Part shown: piece by piece, positions 54,577 to 63,256 of the stretch
Layout of the letters: each line of letters starts with the position of its first letter
Position numbering within the stretch: position 1 is the stretch's first letter
Source of the DNA: a virus
Taxonomy: Duplodnaviria; Caudoviricetes
IMG/VR virus record: IMGVR_UViG_3300044719_000048
Coordinates: 1-64,000 of that record
DNA: 64,000 bases
Direction: 5' to 3' (one strand)
Program-made: the position numbers and the translations under genes
The notes under the pieces: generated by a model
Seen by the model: the letters and a program-made list of their open reading frames with translations, nothing else
Databases searched by the model: none
What the model was told of the DNA's origin: nothing

Positions 54577-55436
54577 TTCAGGTTGATTAGCGGAAGGTGT
54601 TTCAACTTCTTGCCGGTCTTGTAGGCTTTGCGCAACTGCTCTTTTAAGGAAACCCCGGAGCGGCAGATCCTACACCACTCACCTTTGCACTTGCCGTACT
54701 CAGCTAAGGCTACGGCCTCCTCTAGGGTCTCGGCGTGCAATGCTTCCTTGTGCTGCTGTTTGTATTTCTTGACGCGCTTGGCAACGCGCTTGAGGTCTTT
54801 CTCGTCGATCAGGTTGACCCATACTGAGGGCTTGGTGGGGTCGTCGCGTGGAATGAACATCAGCATCACGCCCTCGACTTTGATACCGTACTGACGGTAC
54901 AGCATCAGCGCGTAAGTCTCTACCTGCTCCTTGTACGCTGCACCTGGACTCTTTTGCTTGTATGACGCACCGGAGACCGTGCAGGTCTTGAAGTCCAGAA
55001 TCCAGTAGCGACCCTTCGAGTCCTTGAAGATGGCGTCGATGTGCCCTACCACTCCCTTGTGGTCGATGAGAACCTCGTGGTACTCCATCGTGAAGTCGCA
55101 ACACTCTGACTTGGTGCTCATACGCCGCCACTTACCGCAGATCTTACAGCGCCAGTCCGCCAAGAACCGGCCGCTAGGGGAGAGATAGCGTTGGACGACT
55201 TCGTGTACTGTAGTACCCACCGATGTGAAGTAGGCACTCATCATATTCTGAGTGGCAATCATGCCTTGGGTCGCGTGCTGCACAAAGAACCCTGCTGGGC
55301 AGAACGGCATTTGGGAAGGGCGCAGGAATTTGATGCGGGTTGCGTCCCTCTTGGAGGCCATGACTTCGTCTTGGGCTCTCAGGTAGACGCCGAGCAGGTC
55401 CGAGATCACCTGCTTCTTTTTTAGTTTAGTGGTCAA
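54573..55436 (-). CDS. Cas4/RecB-like PD-(D/E)XK exonuclease
   Basis: RPSQMPFC, GTTVHE, GHIDA, ILDFKT, QVETY, C-terminal Cys cluster; start uncertain (TTG 55436 or GTG 55490). Confidence 0.82.
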   Translation of the reverse strand: MTTKLKKKQVISDLLGVYLRAQDEVMASKRDATRIKFLRPSQMPFCPAGFFVQHATQGMIATQNMMSAYFTSVGTTVHEVVQRYLSPSGRFLADWRCKICGKWRRMSTKSECCDFTMEYHEVLIDHKGVVGHIDAIFKDSKGRYWILDFKTCTVSGASYKQKSPGAAYKEQVETYALMLYRQYGIKVEGVMLMFIPRDDPTKPSVWVNLIDEKDLKRVAKRVKKYKQQHKEALHAETLEEAVALAEYGKCKGEWCRICRSGVSLKEQLRKAYKTGKKLKHLPLINLK

Positions 55437-55443
55437 TTTTAGT
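55434..55443 (+). promoter_or_regulatory. AATTTNA-class putative late promoter
   Basis: CAATTTTAGT upstream of the fibre gene RBS. Confidence 0.5.
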
Positions 55444-55473
55444 CTTTCGGAAGATGCCAGAAAAGGAACCGTT

Positions 55474-57558
55474 ATGATTTTACAGCTCACTGACTACGCA
55501 GTCGGGGTCTTGGCTACCAACCCGGTGCCGCAGCTCGATGTCTTCAAGATTGGTTCGGCCTACAACTATGTCCCGCAGCCCACGGATACGGACATTCACG
55601 GCACTACGCTGTTCAGCGGACTGATCTCTCCGCCCAGCGTGTTGAACGCCAACGTGGTAAGGTACACGGTCTCGATGGACACCTCGGTCGGTGACTTCAA
55701 CTGGGGTGAGATCGCGTTCTTCTATCAAGGCCAGCTGTTTGCCCTGGCCGTCGGGAATTCGCTTCAAGCGAAAACAAAGGTCGGAGCCTCCTCCGGCAAT
55801 CAGGTTCGCTTGGATGCTTTCCTGACTGTCGTGGGCACGAACTACAGCATGATCGTGGATCAAGCAGACTCGTCGAGCCAGTTCCAGATGGCTTCCCTGT
55901 CTACCATTGACCAATTGCCGCCTTCCAATCAAGCGACTCCTAACGCATATATAATTAGCGGCGCGTCGGCCACGCAGAGCTCGTTCATTGCCTACACAGA
56001 CCGCAACGGTCTGTGGAACTTCGATGCCTTCCAGTATTCAAGCGGTGCTCCGGCGACGATCACCGCAGCAGACAATCAGAGCGTGACAATCAGCTTGTCG
56101 GATTACGTGCCGTCGATGACCCCTTCGTATTTCGGACAAGTGGCGCTGGAGTTCACCACAGGCAAGCTGTACTCCATTTGCCGGTATGTGAAGACTGCCA
56201 TTCAAAGCGGGGGATCGGTGACGCTGGGCTTCCAGACTCCGCTGGCTATCGTGCCACAGGTCGGTGCAAAGGTCATGGTCTACACGCGACTGGTCAATTC
56301 GGCGCAGATTACGATCCCCATCGCGTCACCCAGCGTGCTGGGCGGTATTAAGATCGGTGCAGGTCTGCAGGTGGCGCTCGATGGGACATGCTCGGTAGAC
56401 GCGGCATCGCTGGGTGCAGTGACGTCTGTCAACGGCAAGACCGGAGTCGTCAACCTGACGCCCTCCGATATTCCGGGATTGGCTACTGTAGCAAGCACGG
56501 GCAACTACAACGATCTGATCAACAAGCCGACTCCCTATTCGCTGCCGATAGCAGGTCTGTCCACGCTAGGTGGGGTGAAGCTACCGTCGAACGGCAACCT
56601 GGTGGTCAACGGACAGGGCGTAATCGACTTCGGCTTCTCTCCGGTCAAGACCGTCAACAATGTGGCACCGGATGTGAACGGTAACGTGCAGGTGACGACA
56701 ACCGACATCGGTTTGATCAACCCGGCCTCAGTGTCGAACGCAGCAGACCTCAACACCTACAAGACCACTGGTCTATTTACTGTTACCGCAGCAGTCGCAC
56801 CTACGCTGACCAACTCTCCTGGGATCACGCAGGCGGCCACCCTTGAGATCGTTCCGCTTGTGAACGGCGGCACTGGAGACGTTATCCAGCGGCTGACCAC
56901 TGCGGCAGGCTTATGGTGGAGGGCATGCTACAGCGGGACGTGGAACGCATGGCAGCAAGTGGCGACCGAAGCTGTTGCGACAACCACTACGCTGGGCGTC
57001 GTCAAGATCGGTGCAGGTCTGAGCGTCGGTGTGGACGGTACAGTATCCGCAAGCTACTCGAACATCCCTGTGGCCTCGGCGTCCACACTGGGTGCAGTCA
57101 AGGTAGGAACAGGGCTGAGCATCGACGGTTCCGGAGTGCTGTCCATCAGCTCCTCGTTCGACAAGCTGGACCGCGTGAACGGCATAGCAGTCGGCTTGTT
57201 CTTGAAAGGCAGTGCATTGCCCTCGGCTACGACAACCATCAGCGGAAATGTCTCGACTGCGAACTTCCAGACTGTGACTGTGACGGGCACTGGAGCCATC
57301 ACGTGGTCGCTTTCAGGGTGGCCAACTTCCGGCAACTACAGCGAAATGGAGTTTCAGCTCACGAACGGCGGACTGGCGTCTTCGCACACGTTCCCGGCTG
57401 CGGTGCAGTGGGTGAAGCCTGACGGAACGTTGACGAACGACTTCCCCACCTACATGACTGCCAAACGTGGGGCCACCAACTTCCAGAACCCAGGTGTCGA
57501 CTTCGTTATCTTCTGGTCGTCTGATGGGGGCACTACTATCTTTGCTCGGGTGATGTAA
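55474..57558 (+). CDS. tail fibre protein
   Basis: AAGGA RBS; baseplate-attachment-type N-terminus (VGDFNWGEIAFF...LFALA); LGGIKIGAGL and VTSVNGKTG repeats. Confidence 0.85.
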   Translation: MILQLTDYAVGVLATNPVPQLDVFKIGSAYNYVPQPTDTDIHGTTLFSGLISPPSVLNANVVRYTVSMDTSVGDFNWGEIAFFYQGQLFALAVGNSLQAKTKVGASSGNQVRLDAFLTVVGTNYSMIVDQADSSSQFQMASLSTIDQLPPSNQATPNAYIISGASATQSSFIAYTDRNGLWNFDAFQYSSGAPATITAADNQSVTISLSDYVPSMTPSYFGQVALEFTTGKLYSICRYVKTAIQSGGSVTLGFQTPLAIVPQVGAKVMVYTRLVNSAQITIPIASPSVLGGIKIGAGLQVALDGTCSVDAASLGAVTSVNGKTGVVNLTPSDIPGLATVASTGNYNDLINKPTPYSLPIAGLSTLGGVKLPSNGNLVVNGQGVIDFGFSPVKTVNNVAPDVNGNVQVTTTDIGLINPASVSNAADLNTYKTTGLFTVTAAVAPTLTNSPGITQAATLEIVPLVNGGTGDVIQRLTTAAGLWWRACYSGTWNAWQQVATEAVATTTTLGVVKIGAGLSVGVDGTVSASYSNIPVASASTLGAVKVGTGLSIDGSGVLSISSSFDKLDRVNGIAVGLFLKGSALPSATTTISGNVSTANFQTVTVTGTGAITWSLSGWPTSGNYSEMEFQLTNGGLASSHTFPAAVQWVKPDGTLTNDFPTYMTAKRGATNFQNPGVDFVIFWSSDGGTTIFARVM

Positions 57559-58439
57559 TGTTCAGGCTCAGGAAATACTTAGACGCAGGCGGCAACTACG
57601 TGCCACCGATCACAGACGGTGCGTACGCCATTTTCAAGACCACCGGCAACTCGTCGGCCAAGTACACGTACACAGGAAACACGACGAGCGTGGCTCAATC
57701 GTTCTCCAGTACGATTGACCGGACCATCTCGGTGGGTAACGCAACGAAAGGCGTGTTCTTCCAATCGTCCTCCGGTGGGCTCTCAGCACGATACACCTAT
57801 GCGTCCAACACCATAACAGACGATGGTGCGGCGCTAGGGGTTGCGACGGGGTCGGGCTCTGCTTCGTGCTCTAACGCGTCGTTCGGTTTGGTTTCCCCTA
57901 ACGTGTCAGGCGTGCAACCCTTCATGAAGTACACGTTCGCGGCCAACACGTCTGCGGCATCGACATCAGCTACTGTAGCACTAAGTGGAGGTGCGGGGTG
58001 CGGCAACGACACCTATGGCATCTTCGCAATGGGCGGCACTGCAACTGCGGGTACGAACGTATCGAATCGGTACACGTACTCGGACGACTCTGTGATAGCA
58101 GGTGGTAACCTTACGACCACTAGCAAGAACGGTGGCGCTACTGGCAACATGACTATGGGTGCATTCGTCACAGGTGGTTCGTCAGCTAACCTAGTGACCA
58201 ACACCTACTCGTATGCGAGCAACACCTTCGCTGTGGGAAACAACTTGTCGGCAGCGATTATCAGCCTACAGGCAACAGGGAACAGCGCGTGCGGTATCTT
58301 CAGCGTGCGCACCGGAGTGGCAACGACAGCAAGATGCGATTACGCCAGCGATACGTTCAGTGTAGGTACGAGTCTACCGACGAACACTGCGGCAACCAAC
58401 AATGGCGCCACGTCGAACGGAAACACAGGCATACTCTAA
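57558..58439 (+). CDS. Kelch-like beta-propeller repeat protein, putative receptor-binding partner
   Basis: About six repeats of GN..xGxF..GG...xYTY..NT...G..L. Confidence 0.6.
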   Translation: MFRLRKYLDAGGNYVPPITDGAYAIFKTTGNSSAKYTYTGNTTSVAQSFSSTIDRTISVGNATKGVFFQSSSGGLSARYTYASNTITDDGAALGVATGSGSASCSNASFGLVSPNVSGVQPFMKYTFAANTSAASTSATVALSGGAGCGNDTYGIFAMGGTATAGTNVSNRYTYSDDSVIAGGNLTTTSKNGGATGNMTMGAFVTGGSSANLVTNTYSYASNTFAVGNNLSAAIISLQATGNSACGIFSVRTGVATTARCDYASDTFSVGTSLPTNTAATNNGATSNGNTGIL

Positions 58440-58454
58440 TCGACTAGAGTGCAC

Positions 58455-58492
58455 AAAGGGAGCTACCATTGCTAGTGGTAGCTCCCTCTTTT
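58455..58492. terminator. bidirectional intrinsic terminator
   Basis: AGGGAGCTACCA/TGGTAGCTCCCT stem between convergent genes. Confidence 0.85.
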
Positions 58493-59363
58493 ATTTCCTG
58501 CCGAACAGACCTCGGGTCTTGGGCCAGCACAGATCTTGGTGTGCGTACCACCAACTACTCATGCCGGTCTTCTGCACCTTGGCTGGCTTCAGCATCTTCG
58601 GATCAGGCAAAGCCAAGTCGGTTTTGAGCGTCACCAGCTTGTTGTTGATCATCAGCTGAGCCTGCTTGGAACGAATGAACCTCTTGGTCGCTTCGTCAGA
58701 GGCCTCGAACCAGTCTTTGATCGACTTGTGCTTGAGGCAAACGGCCTTAGCTTTCGCAGGGCTAAGGATCCGCGGTATGTCGTCGATGCCGTCACCTATC
58801 AGGGTTTGGTACATCACCATCTTGGAGACGGGTACACCTTTTAGCTTCTCCGCCTTCTCCGCCGTCATGTACTTGGGCTCAGGCTTGGCGCTTGAGTCGT
58901 ACATGCGGACACCCTTCTTCAGGGCTTGAAATCCGTCCTTGTCCTTGCATCCTCCCACCACGTCATAGCCAAGTGCCGAGTACTGCGCAGCAGCGGATGC
59001 CCACACGTCGTCGGCCTCGTACTTCTTGTGCTGGAGGACGTGGACGCCACACGAGGCGAATAGCGACCGTACATTCGGTAAACAGGCGTAGACGTCCGTG
59101 TACCCCTCTCCTGATTCCTTCTCTGCCCTCTTCTCCTCTCTGGACACCTTGTAATTCTTGTAGATGTCGTAGCGAAAGACCGCGTGCCCGTCGAATGCCA
59201 CCAGAATGCGAGGGGCCTTGACGTTGACGGCGTCCTTCAGAACGAGGTTCAGAAGATTCATTGGCAGCACGTCTTCCAGACGGCGATTGGTCTTACCTAC
59301 GACCGTGTGATAGCAGCGATGCAGATACCAATTTGCATCCACCACCAATATTCGTTCACCCAT
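58491..59363 (-). CDS. 5'-3' exonuclease / flap endonuclease (PolA N-terminal, T4 RNase H-like)
   Basis: LVVDAN, VAFDG, YKNYK..R, YEADD, DKD, LIGDGIDDIP. Confidence 0.92.
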   Translation of the reverse strand: MGERILVVDANWYLHRCYHTVVGKTNRRLEDVLPMNLLNLVLKDAVNVKAPRILVAFDGHAVFRYDIYKNYKVSREEKRAEKESGEGYTDVYACLPNVRSLFASCGVHVLQHKKYEADDVWASAAAQYSALGYDVVGGCKDKDGFQALKKGVRMYDSSAKPEPKYMTAEKAEKLKGVPVSKMVMYQTLIGDGIDDIPRILSPAKAKAVCLKHKSIKDWFEASDEATKRFIRSKQAQLMINNKLVTLKTDLALPDPKMLKPAKVQKTGMSSWWYAHQDLCWPKTRGLFGRK

Positions 59364-59644
59364 TAGTGCATGCTCCTTGAGTAGAGTGGGGCCTCTTGTT
59401 TGATCACCAGTACGTAATCCGCTTCAGGCTTCTCGGTCTCGAGCTCCGCGTAGTGATCGACGAAGCCTACAGTGACGTGCGGTATGGACTTGCGGAGACG
59501 GGTCTGCACGGCCTCTCGTAGAATTTGCGGATCTACATCGGGACCCCGGTTGAGTATTACGGTTTGGCCTTGCGCAAGCGCCAGCTCAGGATTGAACAGC
59601 GCAGAGTGAGCACCCTCAGCTATGAATATTCCAACGCAGCTCAT
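59363..59644 (-). CDS. hypothetical protein
   Basis: AAGGAGG RBS. Confidence 0.7.
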   Translation of the reverse strand: MSCVGIFIAEGAHSALFNPELALAQGQTVILNRGPDVDPQILREAVQTRLRKSIPHVTVGFVDHYAELETEKPEADYVLVIKQEAPLYSRSMH

Positions 59645-59663
59645 ACTTTCCTCCTTTGCTAAC

Positions 59664-59685
59664 TATTTACTGTCTCAATTTCATG
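59664..59685. promoter_or_regulatory. back-to-back divergent motifs: CAGTAAATA (minus) and CAATTTCATG (plus)
   Basis: TATTTACTG at 59664-59672 and CAATTTCATG at 59676-59685 between divergent operons. Confidence 0.6.
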
Positions 59686-59714
59686 CAATGACTTTAAATT
59701 AAAAAAGGGCTTCT

Positions 59715-60062
59715 ATGGATCCGAAGATATTAGAGACCCTGTCTCAGTGGCGGGACCCATTGGGCTATACTTGGACCACCTACCTGTGGGTGGTCATGGT
59801 GGCCACTATGGCAAGCGTAGTCAAACACCTGAACGCCATGAAGAAGTTTCGATTGGGAAAGCTCTTGTTGGACATGATGACTGCAGGTGTTACGGGCATC
59901 ATCGTGTTCTGGCTGTGCGAAGCGCGCGACATTCATGGGCCGATGAGTGCAGTGGCAATTGCTATAGCAGGAGCAATGGGAAATCGCTGCTGGGCAGAGT
60001 TCGAGAACATCTGGCGAATCAAATTCGGCTTGAGAAAAACTGAAGACGAGGAACCAAAATGA
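59715..60062 (+). CDS. holin (LydA-like)
   Basis: Three hydrophobic segments, GIIVFWLCE...AIAGAMG, charged tail; heads the lysis cassette. Confidence 0.75.
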   Translation: MDPKILETLSQWRDPLGYTWTTYLWVVMVATMASVVKHLNAMKKFRLGKLLLDMMTAGVTGIIVFWLCEARDIHGPMSAVAIAIAGAMGNRCWAEFENIWRIKFGLRKTEDEEPK

Positions 60063-60508
60063 CCGCAACTCAACTACTGATCTTAGGCAAAAAATTCAAG
60101 ACCATAGCAGATGCCGTGTATGCCCTCTCAGCACTATTCGTGGTTCCGTGCGTCGTAGTCACTCCCGTGCTTTGGTGCTTGCAGAAACCACCTGAGATAC
60201 GTTCACACGTACAGGCACGAACAGTCTTAGGCGGGTCAATGCAAGAGCTTCAAGGCGGTATCGAGTTCAATGAGGGGCAGCCTCTCAGGGTTGCCTATCA
60301 CTTGGAATTAATAGATCGACACGGGCGGATCATCAAGTTCCCAAAGGTAGAGACGCGAGGAACACCTCGTTTCGACAACATGCTGATCCCTATCCCCGCA
60401 ACGATCAAGCCCGGCGACTACCAGTTGGTCGCCAAAGTTCAGTACACGGTGAATCCCATTAAGGCCGTGGCAAAAGAGATCCCAGTCACCACCATAACGG
60501 TGAACTGA
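60059..60508 (+). CDS. membrane-anchored lysis-cassette protein A
   Basis: N-terminal TM; PGDYQL...YTVNPI. Confidence 0.65.
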   Translation: MTATQLLILGKKFKTIADAVYALSALFVVPCVVVTPVLWCLQKPPEIRSHVQARTVLGGSMQELQGGIEFNEGQPLRVAYHLELIDRHGRIIKFPKVETRGTPRFDNMLIPIPATIKPGDYQLVAKVQYTVNPIKAVAKEIPVTTITVN

Positions 60509-60921
60509 TGGGGGCTCTCCGATGGATTGCAAGTACGGTTTCAGCAGGAACGGCTTTGACCTTAATTTTCTGGTGGTGGCAACCTGATGTTGAGATCAAC
60601 GTCGGCGACGTGTCGGTACTCAGTCAAGTTGAAGGTCAGAGCCTAGCGCTTAACGTGCCAGTCGAGAACTATGCGTCGGTGCTTCAAGATTTCACCATGC
60701 GAGCGGAGATACGCAATCTACGAGGTAAGCGCGTTAGTCAAACAGACGCCATTCACTACGAACCCGGGATGAACTACAAGTTCGTCACCAATCGTAATAT
60801 GGCCCGCGGTCGCTACGAGGCGCACGTAGTGATCGGATACAAGCTGAACCCACTGCGCTCTAGTGAGCTAGATTTCCCACTGGCTATAATCTATGTGGAG
60901 CCAAACAATGATCAACAGTAG
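60508..60921 (+). CDS. membrane-anchored lysis-cassette protein B (paralogue of A)
   Basis: N-terminal TM; RGRYEA...YKLNPL. Confidence 0.65.
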   Translation: MGALRWIASTVSAGTALTLIFWWWQPDVEINVGDVSVLSQVEGQSLALNVPVENYASVLQDFTMRAEIRNLRGKRVSQTDAIHYEPGMNYKFVTNRNMARGRYEAHVVIGYKLNPLRSSELDFPLAIIYVEPNNDQQ

Positions 60922-61525
60922 TCAACTCATGAGCTTCGTCGGCAAGTCCGACGAGGCTCTAGTAGATTCTATCAACGCCGTGCTGGATCGCTTCGCCATA
61001 AACACGCAAAGGCGTGTGCGGTACTTCCTCACCCACGCAGCCTTCGAGACCCAGATGTTCACTAGATTCGAGGAGGACCTGTGGTACTCGACGCCTGAGC
61101 GGTTAGTTGCCGTATGGCCCAAACGGTTCACCTTGGACCGGAACATCCGCCTCGCCTACGCACCTGACTACATCAAGAACCCCCAGAAGCTGGCGAACTT
61201 CGTGTATGGAGGGCGCAACGGCAATAGCGGAACAAACGACGGATGGCTCTACAGAGGACGAGGCGGATTCCATCTGACATTCCTCGACAACTACAAGGCG
61301 TACTCGCACGCTATATACGGCGATGACCGCTGCGTGACTGATCCGGAGCTGGTAGCCAAGCCGGCCGACGCCATGATGAGCGCAGGATGGTTCTGGGATA
61401 GTCGGGGCTTCAATCACTTAGCTGACCTGGATCAGTTCACCCAAGTCACTACTCAAATCAACGGGTCTGCTGCTACCGCGCCTGCCCGACTCAAAGTTCT
61501 CAACAAAGCCAATCAAATCTTCTAG
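60908..61525 (+). CDS. endolysin, glycoside hydrolase family 19
   Basis: FLTHAAFET, EEDLWY, ANFVYGGRNGN, DGWLYRGRG, SAGWFW, INGS. Confidence 0.9.
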   Translation: MINSSQLMSFVGKSDEALVDSINAVLDRFAINTQRRVRYFLTHAAFETQMFTRFEEDLWYSTPERLVAVWPKRFTLDRNIRLAYAPDYIKNPQKLANFVYGGRNGNSGTNDGWLYRGRGGFHLTFLDNYKAYSHAIYGDDRCVTDPELVAKPADAMMSAGWFWDSRGFNHLADLDQFTQVTTQINGSAATAPARLKVLNKANQIF

Positions 61526-61537
61526 TCGGAGGTTGTA

Positions 61538-62248
61538 ATGGTCCCAGATTCACTGCTCTATCTGCCTCTAACGATACACGCAGAGGCAGACATTTATTCG
61601 TACGCACCTCTGTTGCCTACGACACCCTCGACGTCTAGCGGTTTGGGGGCTTTCGTATTGACAGCGGATCTGGGGTCATTCCACCAGGGTCTATACGTAT
61701 TGGAGAACGAGACATGGCGATTTGCCTTGCCTCAGCCGGTGGTCTCCGACGTGCTGATCCGGGGCTACGAAGTAGACGCCTACATAGGACTTGATAGTCC
61801 TTTGTCTGTACCCGCAGCTGCCATCTCGTACAAGAATGGAGTTCTTTCGCACTCGCCGAGTCTCCAAGGGCACGGCGTCTTCTGCGTGTTGAGTCCACGT
61901 CCGTCAGAATTTTATTTGAAGGCGTCGCGGACGCTAGACAAGCATAGAGTGCTCAAGACCGCTGACGATGGCGCCGACTACGCATCCAGCAATGTGCCGG
62001 CCGACGCTTTCAAAGTGGCAGGCATAAGTGCTGAGGCCGCAAGCCAGGGCCAGCTCGTAAGAATTCAAACAACCGGAGAGCTGACCGACTCTGGCTGGAA
62101 TTGGGAAGTCGGTCAACCAGTCTTCAATGGAATAGACGGGAATCTGACACAAGAAAACCCTTCCGTGGGATACAGCCTGATAGTTGGGATCGCTATCAAG
62201 CCGTCTTCAATTCTGATCTCGATGAAACAACCTATCATTCTCGACTAA
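61538..62248 (+). CDS. virion fibre-adaptor/cement-like protein
   Basis: N-terminus shares GLYV...WRFALP with the fibres; C-terminal DUF2190-like pattern. Confidence 0.6.
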   Translation: MVPDSLLYLPLTIHAEADIYSYAPLLPTTPSTSSGLGAFVLTADLGSFHQGLYVLENETWRFALPQPVVSDVLIRGYEVDAYIGLDSPLSVPAAAISYKNGVLSHSPSLQGHGVFCVLSPRPSEFYLKASRTLDKHRVLKTADDGADYASSNVPADAFKVAGISAEAASQGQLVRIQTTGELTDSGWNWEVGQPVFNGIDGNLTQENPSVGYSLIVGIAIKPSSILISMKQPIILD

Positions 62249-62258
62249 GGAGCGTAAC

Positions 62259-62864
62259 ATGGGTACTGCATCGACTAAGAAATTCATCAAGCAAGTTAAC
62301 GGCCAGCTGACGGAAGAGGCCGCTCTCACCACCTCGGCAGGCGCAGGTGACGCAAACAAGGTTCCGGCGCTCAACGCATCCGGCGTACTGGATCATTCCA
62401 TCATCAATGCCACAGTGACTTCCGCGGGCGCGGGCGACTCGGGTAAGACTCCGGCTCTCGACTCCACCGGCCGGCTGGACACGTCGGTGATGCCAGTGGG
62501 CATCGGGGCGGAAACCGGCAGCATCGTGGCTTCCGAAGACCTGGATGACGGCGACTTCGTGAACGTGTGGAACAACTCGGGTACGCCGAATGTCCAGAAG
62601 GCAGACGCCGCCACGGGCAAGGAGGCGCACGGCTTTGTGCTGGCCGCAGTGACCAGCGGTGATCCGGCCACCGTCTACTTCGAGGGCTCCAACACGCACC
62701 TGACTGGCCTGACAGCGGGTCCGGTGTTCCTCAGCACTTCCACTCCGGGTGGTACGCAGTCCTCAGCTCCTACCGGAAGTGGTCAAATCAGTCAGCGTCT
62801 GGGCACTGCATTTGCCGCCACGTCGCTGACCTTCGAGCCGCAGCCCGTCATCGTGGTGGCCTAA
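62259..62864 (+). CDS. virion protein with DUF2190/cement-like domain
   Basis: TAAGGAG RBS; SAGAGD...PAL...G.LD duplication; GFVLAAV...ATVYFEG. Confidence 0.65.
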   Translation: MGTASTKKFIKQVNGQLTEEAALTTSAGAGDANKVPALNASGVLDHSIINATVTSAGAGDSGKTPALDSTGRLDTSVMPVGIGAETGSIVASEDLDDGDFVNVWNNSGTPNVQKADAATGKEAHGFVLAAVTSGDPATVYFEGSNTHLTGLTAGPVFLSTSTPGGTQSSAPTGSGQISQRLGTAFAATSLTFEPQPVIVVA

Positions 62865-63239
62865 ATGGCGCAGCGCCGTCCACTGGTGAACGTGAGCGGC
62901 GCTCTTGCTGAGGTCTCTCTCACCGACAGTTTAGTAAGCGGGATGGAGGCCAATCTTTCCGATACGGTAGATGCCACAGACGAGCTGACTGAGGTCAGCT
63001 TGTCAACACGCTATACCTACCTAGTTGGAACAGCAGGGGCTTCCCTCGCTATAACGCTGCCAGCTGCTTCGTCTGACATAGACGGGCAGCTTATGACAGT
63101 GACCTCAACAACTGACCGGGCATCTACGTCGTGGACCTCTTCTGGGGGTACTACGACAGGGCTGCCGGGCTCTCTAACAGCGAACCAATCGGTTACTGTG
63201 AAGTACATTCATTCTCAAGCACGTTGGTTCGTAAGCTAA
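62865..63239 (+). CDS. small virion/fibre-associated protein
   Basis: ITLPAA...DGQ pattern typical of fibre accessory domains. Confidence 0.6.
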   Translation: MAQRRPLVNVSGALAEVSLTDSLVSGMEANLSDTVDATDELTEVSLSTRYTYLVGTAGASLAITLPAASSDIDGQLMTVTSTTDRASTSWTSSGGTTTGLPGSLTANQSVTVKYIHSQARWFVS

Positions 63240-63256
63240 CTCTCCAAGGAGCTCTA

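Noticed and set aside
54573-55436. Cas4-like nuclease as evidence of a CRISPR system
   Set aside because: No repeat-spacer array or other cas genes seen; stand-alone Cas4-like nucleases are common in phage replication modules
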